The notes: a model not told the origin generated them from the sequence alone. DNA of 64,000 nucleotides from Thermoplasmata archaeon (GCA_021821785.1 JAKACD010000003.1:8462-72461); one strand, 5' to 3'. Shown: positions 40,235-49,573, numbered from the stretch's first letter. Numbers and translations: made by a program.

Positions 40235-42629
40235 GGTCCTCCTCCTCCCGCGACGCGAGCGCGGCCCTCAGCCGGTCGAAGTCCGGCACGACGTCCGGAC
40301 GGAGGGCGGGAAGGTTCTGGCGCTCGAGCTCCGCGACGCGGCGCCGGGCCGTGGCCCGGTCGCCCCGGGCGTACGAGAGCTGGGCGAGGCGGAGGACCAC
40401 GTCGACCTCATCGGCCGGGGCCTGGAGCTCGCGCACGAGCCGGTAGGCGTCGAGGAGGTCGGCCTCCGCGAGGTCGTATTCGCCCCGGTCGAGCCCGATC
40501 TTCCCCTGCACGATCATCGACTGGACCACGCCGAAGCGGTCCCCCATCCGCTCCAGGATCTCGCGCGCCCGACGGCAGCGCTCCGCCGCCTCGTCGAGGC
40601 GGCCGGCCTCGCGCAGGATGTCCGCCGAGTTGAACAGGGCCCAGCCGACCCGACGGGAGTCGTGCGCCTTCTCCGCCAGCCGGATCGCTTCGGTGAACTC
40701 CTCGGTCGCCTCCGCGTAGCGCGGAGCGAGGGTCGGGTTCCCGGCGATCACGACCCCGAGGAAGAGGTGCGCCTGCGCGGCCTCCCGAGCGTCCCCGAGA
40801 CGCTCGAGGATCCGCGCCGCATCGCGCGCCTCGTTCATCGCTCCCTCGGCCTCGCCGATCATCGCCAGGACGTAGGCCCGGCGGACCTGGCCGAGGGCCG
40901 TGGCGCGCTCGTTGCCGCTCTCGCGCGCGAGCCGCAGCTCCTCGGAATGCTCGGCGAGCGATTCCTGGTAGCGGCCCTGGTAGTAGAGCGCCTCCCCCCG
41001 CAGGCGGTGGAGTCCGATGCCGACGAGCGGATGCCCCTCGAGCCGAGCGGAGGCCAGCACCCCCGCGGTCGCCCGCTCGGCCGACGTCCACTCGCCCCGG
41101 CTCGTGAGGATCTGGGCGAGGTAGAGCTCGAGCATCGCCCGGACGTGCGGGGAGAGCGTCGGCGCTCGCCGGTCCAGCGCGCCGCGCAGGAGCGCCTCCG
41201 CCTCCTTGAGCTCGCCCAGGTGGTCGATCTGCTGGGCGATCGAGAGCAGAATCTCCGCCTCGCCGTCCGCGTCGGCCGGCCGCAAGTGGCGGTGGTTCTC
41301 GAGCGCCCGCTCGAGGTGCTCGCGGGCCGACTCGGGCGCGAACGATCGCTCGGCGATGTCGGCCGCCGCCCGGTTGTACTGGAGCGATTTCTCCTCGGCC
41401 TTGCCGAGGTAGAAGTGCCGGGCGAGGGCGTAGATCGTCGGGATGTCGACACCGGCGGACGCTTCCAGCGCGTCCCCGACCTTGCGGTGGAGCAGGCGAC
41501 GCCGGCTCTCCGTCAGCTGGCCGTAGACGGTCTCGCGCACCGCATCGTCGGTGAACGCCAGCACCTCGCCGGGCCGCTCGAGCAGGATCCCCCGGTTGAC
41601 CAGGAGGTCGGCGGTCTCGGCAAGGTGCTCCTCGTCCTCGCCGCTGGCCCGGAGGAGCAGCGCGAACGGGAACTCGGACCCGAGGACCGACGCGACGGCG
41701 AGCGCCCGGTGCCCTTCCTCGGGGAGGTCGAGCAGGTCGACCCGGCCGAGCGGGCCCGCGAGGTCCCCCTCGGCCCCGGCGGCCCCCCAGCGGGGCCCGA
41801 TGTGGCGGTCGAACTGCTCGAGCAGGAGGGGGTTCCCGCCGGTCTCAGAGTAGCGCCGGGCGATCTCCTCCGCCGAGAACTCCCGGTCGGGCTCGCGCCA
41901 GTGGAGGAACTGGGCGACCTCCTCCGAGGTGAACGCCCGGAGCACCAGCCGACGGGCGTGGGTCGCCGTCTCGAACGCCTCGAGACGGGCGCGCATCGTC
42001 GAGGAGAGCGTCTCGAGCGGGCGGGTCGTTGCCACGAGCCAGAGCGGCTGGTCCGCGAGCTGGCGGGCGACGACCTCGAATGCCTCCAGCGACGGCTCGT
42101 CACTCCGATGGAGGTCCTCGAGGACGAGGACCGTGGGGCCCCGGCGCGTGAACTCGAGGAACTGCTCGGTGATCCCGGTCCAGATCGGGTCGCGCACCGA
42201 CTCCATCCGTTCGTTGGCCTCCCCGAGCGCGGAGAGGAGCCGCTCCTCGACCTGGACCGGGGAGGAGAGGCGCGCGTCGTTCAGCCGGGGGGCGAAGCCG
42301 ATCAGGAACCGTTCGGCGCCGGGCACCCCGGGGACGAGGCCGGTCTCGGGGGGAGCGGCGACCCGCGCGCTCTCCAGCGCGGCCCGCACGAGCGTGAACG
42401 GAGGCGGGACGTCCAGGGCGGGGGCCCGACCGACCAGGACCTGGGTCCCGCGGGCCCGCATCGCGCGGACGAGCTCGGCGACGAGCGTCGACTTCCCGAC
42501 CCCGGTCGCCCCCACGAGGAGCGTCACCCCTCCACTGCCTGCCCGTGCGTCCTCGAACCGCCGGTAGAGGGCGTCCACCGCCTCCGCCCGGCCGACGAAC
42601 GAGCGACCGTTCCCGGCCTCGGCCGCCAT
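40224..42629 (-). CDS. STAND-type AAA (AAA_16-like) ATPase with C-terminal TPR array
   Basis: 801 aa. The N-terminal FVGRAEAVDALYRRF...GGVTLLVGATGVGKSTLV is a Walker A and VLVLEDLHRSD a Walker B. The C-terminal ~450 aa are TPR-like repeats. No HTH was seen. Confidence 0.8.
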   Translation of the reverse strand: MAAEAGNGRSFVGRAEAVDALYRRFEDARAGSGGVTLLVGATGVGKSTLVAELVRAMRARGTQVLVGRAPALDVPPPFTLVRAALESARVAAPPETGLVPGVPGAERFLIGFAPRLNDARLSSPVQVEERLLSALGEANERMESVRDPIWTGITEQFLEFTRRGPTVLVLEDLHRSDEPSLEAFEVVARQLADQPLWLVATTRPLETLSSTMRARLEAFETATHARRLVLRAFTSEEVAQFLHWREPDREFSAEEIARRYSETGGNPLLLEQFDRHIGPRWGAAGAEGDLAGPLGRVDLLDLPEEGHRALAVASVLGSEFPFALLLRASGEDEEHLAETADLLVNRGILLERPGEVLAFTDDAVRETVYGQLTESRRRLLHRKVGDALEASAGVDIPTIYALARHFYLGKAEEKSLQYNRAAADIAERSFAPESAREHLERALENHRHLRPADADGEAEILLSIAQQIDHLGELKEAEALLRGALDRRAPTLSPHVRAMLELYLAQILTSRGEWTSAERATAGVLASARLEGHPLVGIGLHRLRGEALYYQGRYQESLAEHSEELRLARESGNERATALGQVRRAYVLAMIGEAEGAMNEARDAARILERLGDAREAAQAHLFLGVVIAGNPTLAPRYAEATEEFTEAIRLAEKAHDSRRVGWALFNSADILREAGRLDEAAERCRRAREILERMGDRFGVVQSMIVQGKIGLDRGEYDLAEADLLDAYRLVRELQAPADEVDVVLRLAQLSYARGDRATARRRVAELERQNLPALRPDVVPDFDRLRAALASREEEDRAR

Positions 42630-42662
42630 GGCGTTGCCGAATAGATGGGCGGGTTCGAGTAC

Positions 42663-43847
42663 TTATCCTCGCGTCGGGGCCGCCCGGAGGAACGGCAGCG
42701 CCACGACCCGCCCCGGAACGGGCCGTCCGCGGATCTCGAGCTCGAGGGAGGTACCGACCGATGTGAGCTCGCGGGGCAGGTACGCGAGGGCGATCCCGTG
42801 GCCGAGGCTCGGCGACGTCCCCCCGCTCGTCGCCTCGGCGACGAGGGCCCCGTTCGCGTGGATCGGGGTCCCGTGCCGGGGGATCGCCCCGGCCTCGGTG
42901 ATCTCAATGCCGGCCAGGCGCCGGGCCGGCCCCTCGGCCCGCTCCTTCTCGAGCGGCGCCCGCCCCACGAACTCGTGGTCGAAATCGACGAACCGCTCCT
43001 GCGCCGCTTCGATCGGAGTGTGGTCGCGGTGGAACTCCTGGCCCGAGAGCAGGTAGCCCTTCTCGAGCCGCAGCGTGTCGCGGGCCCCGAGGCCGCACGG
43101 CACCGCGCCGTGGGCGATCAGGCGCTCCGCGAGCGCGTCGGCCGCCTCGCTCGGAACGAAGATCTCGTAGCCGAGCTCGCCGGTGTAGCCGGTCCGGCTG
43201 ACCAAGAATACCGTACCGAGCGCCCCCGGCATCGACCGGCCGAGCTCGCCGGCGGCGGCCGCCGCGCCGGGCTCCTTCGGGAAGAACGCCGCGTGGTAGA
43301 AGCCGAGCTTCGCGAGCGACCAGCCGAAGAGCTGCTCGAGGAGAGCGCGGGAGCCCGGCCCCTGGAGCGCGAGCAGCGCGACGGTCCCGTTCCACCGGGC
43401 GATCCGCGTGTCGGGCCCGCGGTGCTGGCGCAGGATCTCCTCGATCTCGTCGGCGCGGCCGGCGTTCGGAACGACGACGAACGAGCGCTCCAGCTCCTCG
43501 CCCCGGTCGATACGGGTGATGAGCAGGTCGTCGACGATCCGGCCCGTGGATTCGAGGAGGAACGTGTAGCGGACCTGGCCCGGGGCGAGCGCCGGGACGT
43601 TCGCGGTCGTCCGCCGCGCGAGGAGGTCGGCGGCGTGCCCTCCCTCGACGGTGAGGATCCCCATGTGGGAGACGTCGAACAGACCGACCGAGGCGCGCAC
43701 CGCCCGGTGCTCGCCGAGGATGCTCGAGTAGTAGAGCGGCATCTCCCAGCCGGCGAACGGCACGAGATGGGCCCCGTGGCGCCGGTGGAAGTCGTAGAGG
43801 GCGGTGCGTCGCAGGGGGCCGGCAGGGGCGGAAGGGACTTCGCTCAT
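42663..43847 (-). CDS. gcvT: aminomethyltransferase (glycine cleavage system T protein)
   Basis: ATG at 43847 forms an ATGA overlap with the purP stop. Motifs are TALYDFHRRHGA..VPFAGWEMPLYY, GLFDVSHMG, SRTGYTGELGYEI and GLGARDTLRLE. Confidence 0.9.
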   Translation of the reverse strand: MSEVPSAPAGPLRRTALYDFHRRHGAHLVPFAGWEMPLYYSSILGEHRAVRASVGLFDVSHMGILTVEGGHAADLLARRTTANVPALAPGQVRYTFLLESTGRIVDDLLITRIDRGEELERSFVVVPNAGRADEIEEILRQHRGPDTRIARWNGTVALLALQGPGSRALLEQLFGWSLAKLGFYHAAFFPKEPGAAAAAGELGRSMPGALGTVFLVSRTGYTGELGYEIFVPSEAADALAERLIAHGAVPCGLGARDTLRLEKGYLLSGQEFHRDHTPIEAAQERFVDFDHEFVGRAPLEKERAEGPARRLAGIEITEAGAIPRHGTPIHANGALVAEATSGGTSPSLGHGIALAYLPRELTSVGTSLELEIRGRPVPGRVVALPFLRAAPTRG

Positions 43848-45001
43848 GTGACGATCTCCTTCAATCGATTGGAATCGATCGCGTGGCGGATCTCGAGGGC
43901 GATCCGACGTCCCGTGCTCATCGGCATCCGCCAGAGCGCATTCCCGTACGGATGGCCGAGGCCGAGGTGGATGTTGGTCCCCCCGCCGATCCGGGCCGCC
44001 ACGTCGAACACCGTCGGCCGTCCGTCCTTGTCGATGCACGTCTGCAGGCAGAACGCCCCGAGGATCCCCGGGGCGTAGTGGGCGCGGCTCGCGTCGACGA
44101 ACTTCTCGCCGAGCCGGAAGACCTCCTCGAGGATCGACTCGCGGACGGTGAGGGTGCCGTGGCCGACGACCGTGTACTCGGGGATGCGGGCGGACTCGCT
44201 GAGCTCGAGCTGCTGCCCCGCGGGCAGGCGCACGAGGCCGTCGAGGTTGCTCTCCCGGCGCTCGTCGACGCCGAGCAGCTCGAGCCCCTGCGCGCGCGGC
44301 ACGAGCGGGGAGAAGAAGAAGTTGAAGTTGAAGACCGGTCCGAGGACGTACTCCTCGATGCGCGCGGCCGCGAGGTCGGCCGCCGCGATGGTCTTCCGCT
44401 CGATCAAGCGCTCGGACTTCGTCCGGTACTCCTCGGGGCTCGCGACCGTGAAAAACCCGCGCTCGAGCCGACGGACGGCGTGCGGGAGCTTCACGATCGC
44501 CAGGCGGTCGATCGCCTCGGGGCCGGCGATCGCGCGCGGGATCGGGATCCCGGCGCGTTCGAGGAGGGTGTAGTAGTTCTCCCGCTCGGTGCGCTCTTCG
44601 ATCCGGAGCAGGGTGCGAGAGCCGACGATCGGCACCCGGAGCTCCTCCTCGATCGTCGAGAGCGGGACGTACGAGCTGAGCGCGCGGTTCGGCACCAGGA
44701 GGACCCCGTGGTTGCGCAGGCGTTCCTGGACCGCCGGCGCCGCGATATCCGCGAACTTCGGGAACGTCCAGACGTCGTCGACGCAGCCCCGACGGCGGCC
44801 CCCGACATGGTCCCGCGTCGTCCGGAAGTACTGGGCGTACGTCGCCTCTCGACCGGCCTGGGCGAGTACGAGATTCGGCAGACCCTCCGTCGCGGCCCCG
44901 TCCGCGACGTCGATCGCCGAGTGCGAACCGACGGTACCGACCGTCGGGGTCCGTGGATATCCATCGAGGAGGGAACGGATCTCACCGAGAGGCAGCGGCA
45001 T
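43844..45001 (-). CDS. purP: 5-formaminoimidazole-4-carboxamide ribonucleotide (FAICAR) synthetase, archaeal PurP
   Basis: 385 aa with an ATP-grasp-like fold. The PurP-type pattern is TVGSHSAIDV...VGHGTLTVRESIL...FCLQTCIDKDG..VFDVAARIGGGTN. Confidence 0.8.
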   Translation of the reverse strand: MPLPLGEIRSLLDGYPRTPTVGTVGSHSAIDVADGAATEGLPNLVLAQAGREATYAQYFRTTRDHVGGRRRGCVDDVWTFPKFADIAAPAVQERLRNHGVLLVPNRALSSYVPLSTIEEELRVPIVGSRTLLRIEERTERENYYTLLERAGIPIPRAIAGPEAIDRLAIVKLPHAVRRLERGFFTVASPEEYRTKSERLIERKTIAAADLAAARIEEYVLGPVFNFNFFFSPLVPRAQGLELLGVDERRESNLDGLVRLPAGQQLELSESARIPEYTVVGHGTLTVRESILEEVFRLGEKFVDASRAHYAPGILGAFCLQTCIDKDGRPTVFDVAARIGGGTNIHLGLGHPYGNALWRMPMSTGRRIALEIRHAIDSNRLKEIVT

Positions 45002-45009
45002 CGGTCCGG

Positions 45010-47214
45010 CTACGGCTCCTCTCGCTTAAGGGCTCGCGCGATCCGCTCCGGATTGAGGGGTAGCTCGGTGACGTGCGCCCCGACCGCGGCGCGCACGGCC
45101 GAGGCGATCGCCGCGGGCACCGGAATGATCGGGGGCTCGCCGAGCCCCTTTGCTCCGAACGGCCCGGCGCCCGGATGGCCCTCCACGAACGTGACCTCGA
45201 TCGGCGGGGCCTCGCTGATCGTCGGAAGGCGGTAGTCGACGAGCCCCGCGTTGAGGAGCCGGCCCTCCGCGGACCAGATCGCTTCCTCGGTCAGCGCGGT
45301 GCCGAGCCCCATCACGATGCCGCCCTCGACCTGCGCCCGCGCGGTCGGCGGGTCGACGACGGTGCCGACGTCCTGGAACGCCGCGTAGCGCACGACCCGG
45401 ACCGAGCCGGTCTGCGCGTCGACCGCGACCTCGGCGACATGGGCGGCCCCGGTGAAGTCGGTGTACGCGTAGAACGTGCCGTCCACCACCAGCGACTCGT
45501 CGATCTTCCCCCCGCGTCCGTAGTGCTTGCCGTGCGCGGTGAGCCCGCCCTGCGCGCGCTCCTCGTCCGTCAGGAGGTCGGCGATCGGCCAGCGCTGGCC
45601 CCGACCCTCGAGCTCGACCCCGCGCTCGCCTTCCGCGAGGCGGACGGGGGTCGGCGCGCCGGCCCGTTGGGCGAGCGTGCCGAGGATCTGGACGAGCGCG
45701 TCGTCGACCGCGCGGCCGAGGGCCCCGACGGTCCGACTTCCGAACACGCCGGCATCGTACGGCGCCGAGGCGGTGTCGCCGTACTCCACTCGGATGCGGT
45801 GGCGCGAAAGGCCGGTCCTCCGCTCGGCGACCGCCGCGAGGCCGACCAGGACGCTCCCGCTGCCGATCTCGCGTTCTCCCTGAAGGATCCGGATCCCGTC
45901 CGCGGAGACCGTCACCCGCGCTTCCCCGCCGGCCCCCGTGCTCGTCGACCAGAAGCCCATCCCCAGCCCCACGCCATGGCCGGGGGGCGCGGCGCGACGC
46001 CAGTCGTCGGCGAGCTCCCGGGCCGCGGCGTGCGCCGCGGCGAGCCCGAAGTCCGTGATCGGCTGGCCGAAGGGGGTCGTCCCCCCGGTCTCCCAGAGGT
46101 GGGCCGCCTTGAACGCGGCCGGCTCGATTCCCACCCGTCGCGCGACCTCCTCGAGATGGGACTCCACGACGAACGCGCACTGCGGCGCGAACGGAGCCCG
46201 GTGCGGACCAAACGGGGGCTTGTTCGTCCGCACGGCGTACCCTTCGACCTCGAAGGTCGGGGTCCGGTAGGGACCGAGAAGGAACCCGATGGAGTAGCCG
46301 GTGGCGAAGTCGCGGCCGGGGAGCGAGGTCCCGACATCGAGGAGCAGGCGGACCCGGCGGGCCCGGATCGCCCCGGCGGAGACCGCGGTCTCCATGCGGA
46401 CGACGGCCGGCAAGGTCGTGCGTCCGAGGAGAAACTCTTGGCGGTAGGTGAGGGCGAGCCGCACGGGCCGGCCGGCGGCCCGGGCCAGGAGCAGCGCCCA
46501 CGGCTCGACGAAGGAGGCGCCCTTCCCACCGAACCCACCGCCGACCCACGTCCCCTCGACCACGATCGACTCTTCGGGAATCCCCAGGATCGATGCCACG
46601 TCCTCCCGAACCCCGAACGGGCTCTGGGTCGAGGTGCGGACGCGCCAGCGCTCCCCCTCGACCTCGGCAAGGCAGGCGTGGGGTTCGAGCGCGACCTGAT
46701 GCACGCTCGCCGTGCGGTAGGTCTCGCGCACGACCGTCTCGGCGGTGCGGAACGCCTCCTCCACATCCCCGCGCCGCGCATGGACATGCGCCGCGACCGA
46801 AGGGTGCTGGGCGGCCGACGACCCGGGCCAGTCCGGAAAGACGGCGTCCACGTCGCTCACGACCGGCAGGGGCTCGACCTCGACGCGGACCGCCTTCGCC
46901 GCGGCCCGGGCCTCCGCGAGCGACGGGGCGGCCACCGCGGCGACGGGCTGATGCAGGTACTCGACCCGCTCGCGCGGGAACGCGGGCCGGTCCCGGTCGC
47001 CCTGCCGACCCCCGACGAGCGCGGCCAGCTCGGTCGCGCTGATCGCCACGACGCCGGGGCGCGCTCGCGCGGGCCCGAGGTCGACCGTGCGCAGGCGACC
47101 GTGCGCCACCGGCGCCGGGACCAGAGCGCCCCAGAGCATGCCCGGGACCTCGAGGTCGGTCGCGTAACGCACCCGGCCGGCGATCTTCTCCGCGAGGTCG
47201 GGTCGGATCGTCAT
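45010..47214 (-). CDS. xanthine dehydrogenase/aldehyde oxidoreductase family molybdopterin-binding large subunit
   Basis: ATG at 47214 forms an ATGA overlap with the small-subunit stop. 734 aa with GGGFGGKG and ...GAKGLGEPPIIPVPAAIASAV. Substrate not assignable. Confidence 0.85.
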   Translation of the reverse strand: MTIRPDLAEKIAGRVRYATDLEVPGMLWGALVPAPVAHGRLRTVDLGPARARPGVVAISATELAALVGGRQGDRDRPAFPRERVEYLHQPVAAVAAPSLAEARAAAKAVRVEVEPLPVVSDVDAVFPDWPGSSAAQHPSVAAHVHARRGDVEEAFRTAETVVRETYRTASVHQVALEPHACLAEVEGERWRVRTSTQSPFGVREDVASILGIPEESIVVEGTWVGGGFGGKGASFVEPWALLLARAAGRPVRLALTYRQEFLLGRTTLPAVVRMETAVSAGAIRARRVRLLLDVGTSLPGRDFATGYSIGFLLGPYRTPTFEVEGYAVRTNKPPFGPHRAPFAPQCAFVVESHLEEVARRVGIEPAAFKAAHLWETGGTTPFGQPITDFGLAAAHAAARELADDWRRAAPPGHGVGLGMGFWSTSTGAGGEARVTVSADGIRILQGEREIGSGSVLVGLAAVAERRTGLSRHRIRVEYGDTASAPYDAGVFGSRTVGALGRAVDDALVQILGTLAQRAGAPTPVRLAEGERGVELEGRGQRWPIADLLTDEERAQGGLTAHGKHYGRGGKIDESLVVDGTFYAYTDFTGAAHVAEVAVDAQTGSVRVVRYAAFQDVGTVVDPPTARAQVEGGIVMGLGTALTEEAIWSAEGRLLNAGLVDYRLPTISEAPPIEVTFVEGHPGAGPFGAKGLGEPPIIPVPAAIASAVRAAVGAHVTELPLNPERIARALKREEP

Positions 47215-47693
47215 CGGGAGGCGGCCTCCGCTCGGAGCGCCGCGGCGGCCCGGACGATCGCGCCGTAGCCGGTGCACCGGCACAGGTTCCCTCCGAGCTC
47301 CTCCAGGAATTCGCCGAACGGTGCCGCGGCGCCCCGTTCCTTCAGGAGGCCGGTGAGCGCCATCACGAAGCCCGGCGTGCAGTAACCGCATTGCACCGCT
47401 CCGACGGCCTCGAAGGCGGCCTGGACCCGGTGCCCCTCGGCGTCGCTCCCGACCCCCTCGATGGTCGTGATCTCAGCCTCGGCCGCCTCCTGGGCGAGCG
47501 TGAGGCAGGAGAGCGTGCTCCGCCCGTCAACCAGGACGGTGCAGGCGCCGCAACCGCCGGTCCGACAGCCCTCCTTCGTCCCCTTGAGGTCGAGCCGCCC
47601 GCGCAGCGTGTCGAGCAGCCGCTCGGTCACGGGCACGTCGGCGAGCTCGACCGGGCGACCGTTCACCCGGAGCCGAAGAGGGTGGGCGCTCAT
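47211..47693 (-). CDS. (2Fe-2S)-binding small subunit of the molybdoenzyme
   Basis: ATG at 47693 (ATGA overlap). Motifs are GCRTGGCGACTV and QCGYCTPGF...LCRCTGY. Confidence 0.9.
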   Translation of the reverse strand: MSAHPLRLRVNGRPVELADVPVTERLLDTLRGRLDLKGTKEGCRTGGCGACTVLVDGRSTLSCLTLAQEAAEAEITTIEGVGSDAEGHRVQAAFEAVGAVQCGYCTPGFVMALTGLLKERGAAAPFGEFLEELGGNLCRCTGYGAIVRAAAALRAEAASR

Positions 47694-48532
47694 CCGCCGC
47701 CCCCGGTCGCCGCGCGGACGGCCCGCTCGAGGAGCGGACGGACGAGCTGACGGCGGTACTCTTCCGAGGCGCGGCGATCGGCCACGATCGGTGCCCGCTC
47801 GGTGATCTCTTGGGCCGCGCGCAGGACCGCGGGCGCGTCGGGGTGCTCCCCCCCGAGGAACGTAGCCGCTTCGGGGAGGAGGATCGGTCGCGGCGGGAAC
47901 CCGGCGACCGCGACCCGCCAACGGCGATCGCTCGGCGAGAAGGAGACGGCGATCGCCATGTGGGAGATGTCGTGGAACGGTCGGACCCGCTGGAGGACGT
48001 ACGCCGAGGGCCGGGCCTCGGGGATGCGGACGGCGCGGATCAGTTCGGAGGGGCCCCGCGCGGTCCGCCGCGAGCCCTGGACGAACCGGTCCACGGAGAG
48101 GGTGCGGGTCCCGGTGGGACCCAAGAGCTCGACCTCGGCGTCGAGCGCCAGCAGGACCGGCACGAGGTCGGAGGCCGGGGCCGAACGGCCGAGGTTCCCG
48201 CCGAGGGTCGCCCGGTGGCGAAGCGCGACGCTCCCGACCGCCCGGACCCCTTCGAGGAGGCCCGGTAGGCGCGTCCGCACCTCCGGGTCCAGCTCGAGGG
48301 TGCGCAACGGGAGCGTACTGCCGATGGTGAGCGTCGGACCGTTCCAATCGAGGGTGCGCCAAGGGAGGCGCCGCAACGACAGAAGATGTCGCGCGGAGAG
48401 GCGCCCCTCCTCGAGGTCGAAGAGGAGGTCGGTCCCGCCGGCGAGGATCGCGGTCTCTTCGGGGGGGAGGGTCCGCAGGGCCGCGACGGCCTCGTCCGAG
48501 GTGGCCGGTGTGACGAGGTCGAGGTCGGCCAT
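47690..48532 (-). CDS. FAD-binding medium subunit of the molybdoenzyme (CoxM/XdhB-like)
   Basis: 280 aa with ILAGGTDLL, ATLGGNL and a C-terminal CO-dehydrogenase flavoprotein domain pattern. Confidence 0.85.
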   Translation of the reverse strand: MADLDLVTPATSDEAVAALRTLPPEETAILAGGTDLLFDLEEGRLSARHLLSLRRLPWRTLDWNGPTLTIGSTLPLRTLELDPEVRTRLPGLLEGVRAVGSVALRHRATLGGNLGRSAPASDLVPVLLALDAEVELLGPTGTRTLSVDRFVQGSRRTARGPSELIRAVRIPEARPSAYVLQRVRPFHDISHMAIAVSFSPSDRRWRVAVAGFPPRPILLPEAATFLGGEHPDAPAVLRAAQEITERAPIVADRRASEEYRRQLVRPLLERAVRAATGGGG

Positions 48533-48633
48533 AGGTTCGGTTCACGGGTATCGCGGGCTTATCGTTTGGCGTCGCGTCCGGGTCGAACGAGCCCCGCTTT
48601 TTTATCCGAGGAGCGGTTTGGCAACCGGTCCGC

Positions 48634-49152
48634 ATGCCATTCGAACTCACATTGCGTTACTCGACCCCGCTGACCCCGATCGCGGACGTCGAGGAAGTGC
48701 TGCGGGAGTTCCTGCGGCTGATCGGCTACCTGCCCGAGGGGGAGGAGGGTCGGGGGTCGGAGGGGCCCATCGCCCAGAGCCTCGCCTATCGGCTCGTCCA
48801 TGACTGCCTCCTGCGCGAACCGGCCCGCCCGTGGTACGTCGACGAGCTCACGGCGGTCCTCAAGACCTCGAAGCCGACGGTCTACCGGCACATCAACAAA
48901 CTCAAAGCGCTCGATCTGCTGGAGGAGGTCGGAGGGGCCGCCGACGGGAAAGGACGGAAGGGCTACCGGTTGCGCTACGGGAACTTCGCCCGAGCCTGGG
49001 ACTTCACGGAAGCGAACGCCCAGAACGCCCTCCGACGATATCGGGAGACGGTGAATCACTTGCAGACCTTGGTGGAGAAGATGGCGAACGAGCCGACGAC
49101 GAAAGCGACGACCGCACCCCGTGCGACCCGGGAGCGGGTCTCGGCCCGATGA
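48634..49152 (+). CDS. winged-helix transcriptional regulator (family unresolved)
   Basis: The wHTH is YVDELTAVLKTSKPTVYRHINKLKALDLLEEV...GRKGYRL. A TATA-like TTTTTTATCC lies ~27 nt upstream of the ATG. Confidence 0.65.
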   Translation: MPFELTLRYSTPLTPIADVEEVLREFLRLIGYLPEGEEGRGSEGPIAQSLAYRLVHDCLLREPARPWYVDELTAVLKTSKPTVYRHINKLKALDLLEEVGGAADGKGRKGYRLRYGNFARAWDFTEANAQNALRRYRETVNHLQTLVEKMANEPTTKATTAPRATRERVSAR

Positions 49153-49457
49153 GCGCGGCGAACGCCGCCGCGGCCAAGAAGCCGGCGATCGCGCTGACGC
49201 CGGGCTCGCACGTCCGATTGCGTTCGGCCGGACCGGAGGATCAGGCGATCGTCTCCGTCGGGATATTCCGCGGTCTCGTCTCGATCGCCGGTGACAGCGC
49301 GCTCGCCATCGAGCTGGACGGCTCCGACGGCGAGCCGAAGGGCCGCATCCGCCTCGTCCCGACCCCGGCGATCCTCACGATCGACATCCTCGAGGCGGCG
49401 AAGGCCGAGGAAGAGAAGCGGGCGGAGACGACGCAGGCGCCCGGCTACTTCCGCTAG
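49149..49457 (+). CDS. hypothetical protein (102 aa)
   Basis: ATG at 49149 forms an ATGA overlap with the upstream regulator stop. The pattern is beta-rich (VSVGIFRGLVSIAGDSALAIELDG...RIRLVPTPAILTIDIL). Confidence 0.45.
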   Translation: MSAANAAAAKKPAIALTPGSHVRLRSAGPEDQAIVSVGIFRGLVSIAGDSALAIELDGSDGEPKGRIRLVPTPAILTIDILEAAKAEEEKRAETTQAPGYFR

Positions 49458-49469
49458 ACCGGGGACGGA

Positions 49470-49573
49470 CGGGCTTGCTGGGAGTTCCGTCGCGGTTCTT
49501 CGGTCCCGCGGTTTCGAACCCAGGTCGTTGGCTTCGAAGGCCAACAGGATAGTCCAGACTACCCCACAAGCCC
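49470..49573 (-). tRNA. tRNA-Arg (anticodon TCG) with a ~29-nt insertion (putative intron) in the T-loop
   Basis: The minus strand reads GGGCTTG TG GGGT AGTCTGGACT ATCC .. TTGGC CTTCGAA GCCAA CGAC CTGGG TTCGAA[ACCGCGGGACCGAAGAACCGCGACGGAAC]T CCCAG CAAGCCC G. The acceptor stem (7 bp), anticodon stem (5 bp) and T stem (5 bp) all pair. The anticodon loop is C-T-TCG-A-A. A TATA-like CCAAATAG lies ~25 nt upstream. Confidence 0.75.

Noticed and set aside
39903-42644. 913-aa plus-strand ORF
   Set aside because: It is antisense to nadC and the STAND ATPase, and its translation is low-complexity.
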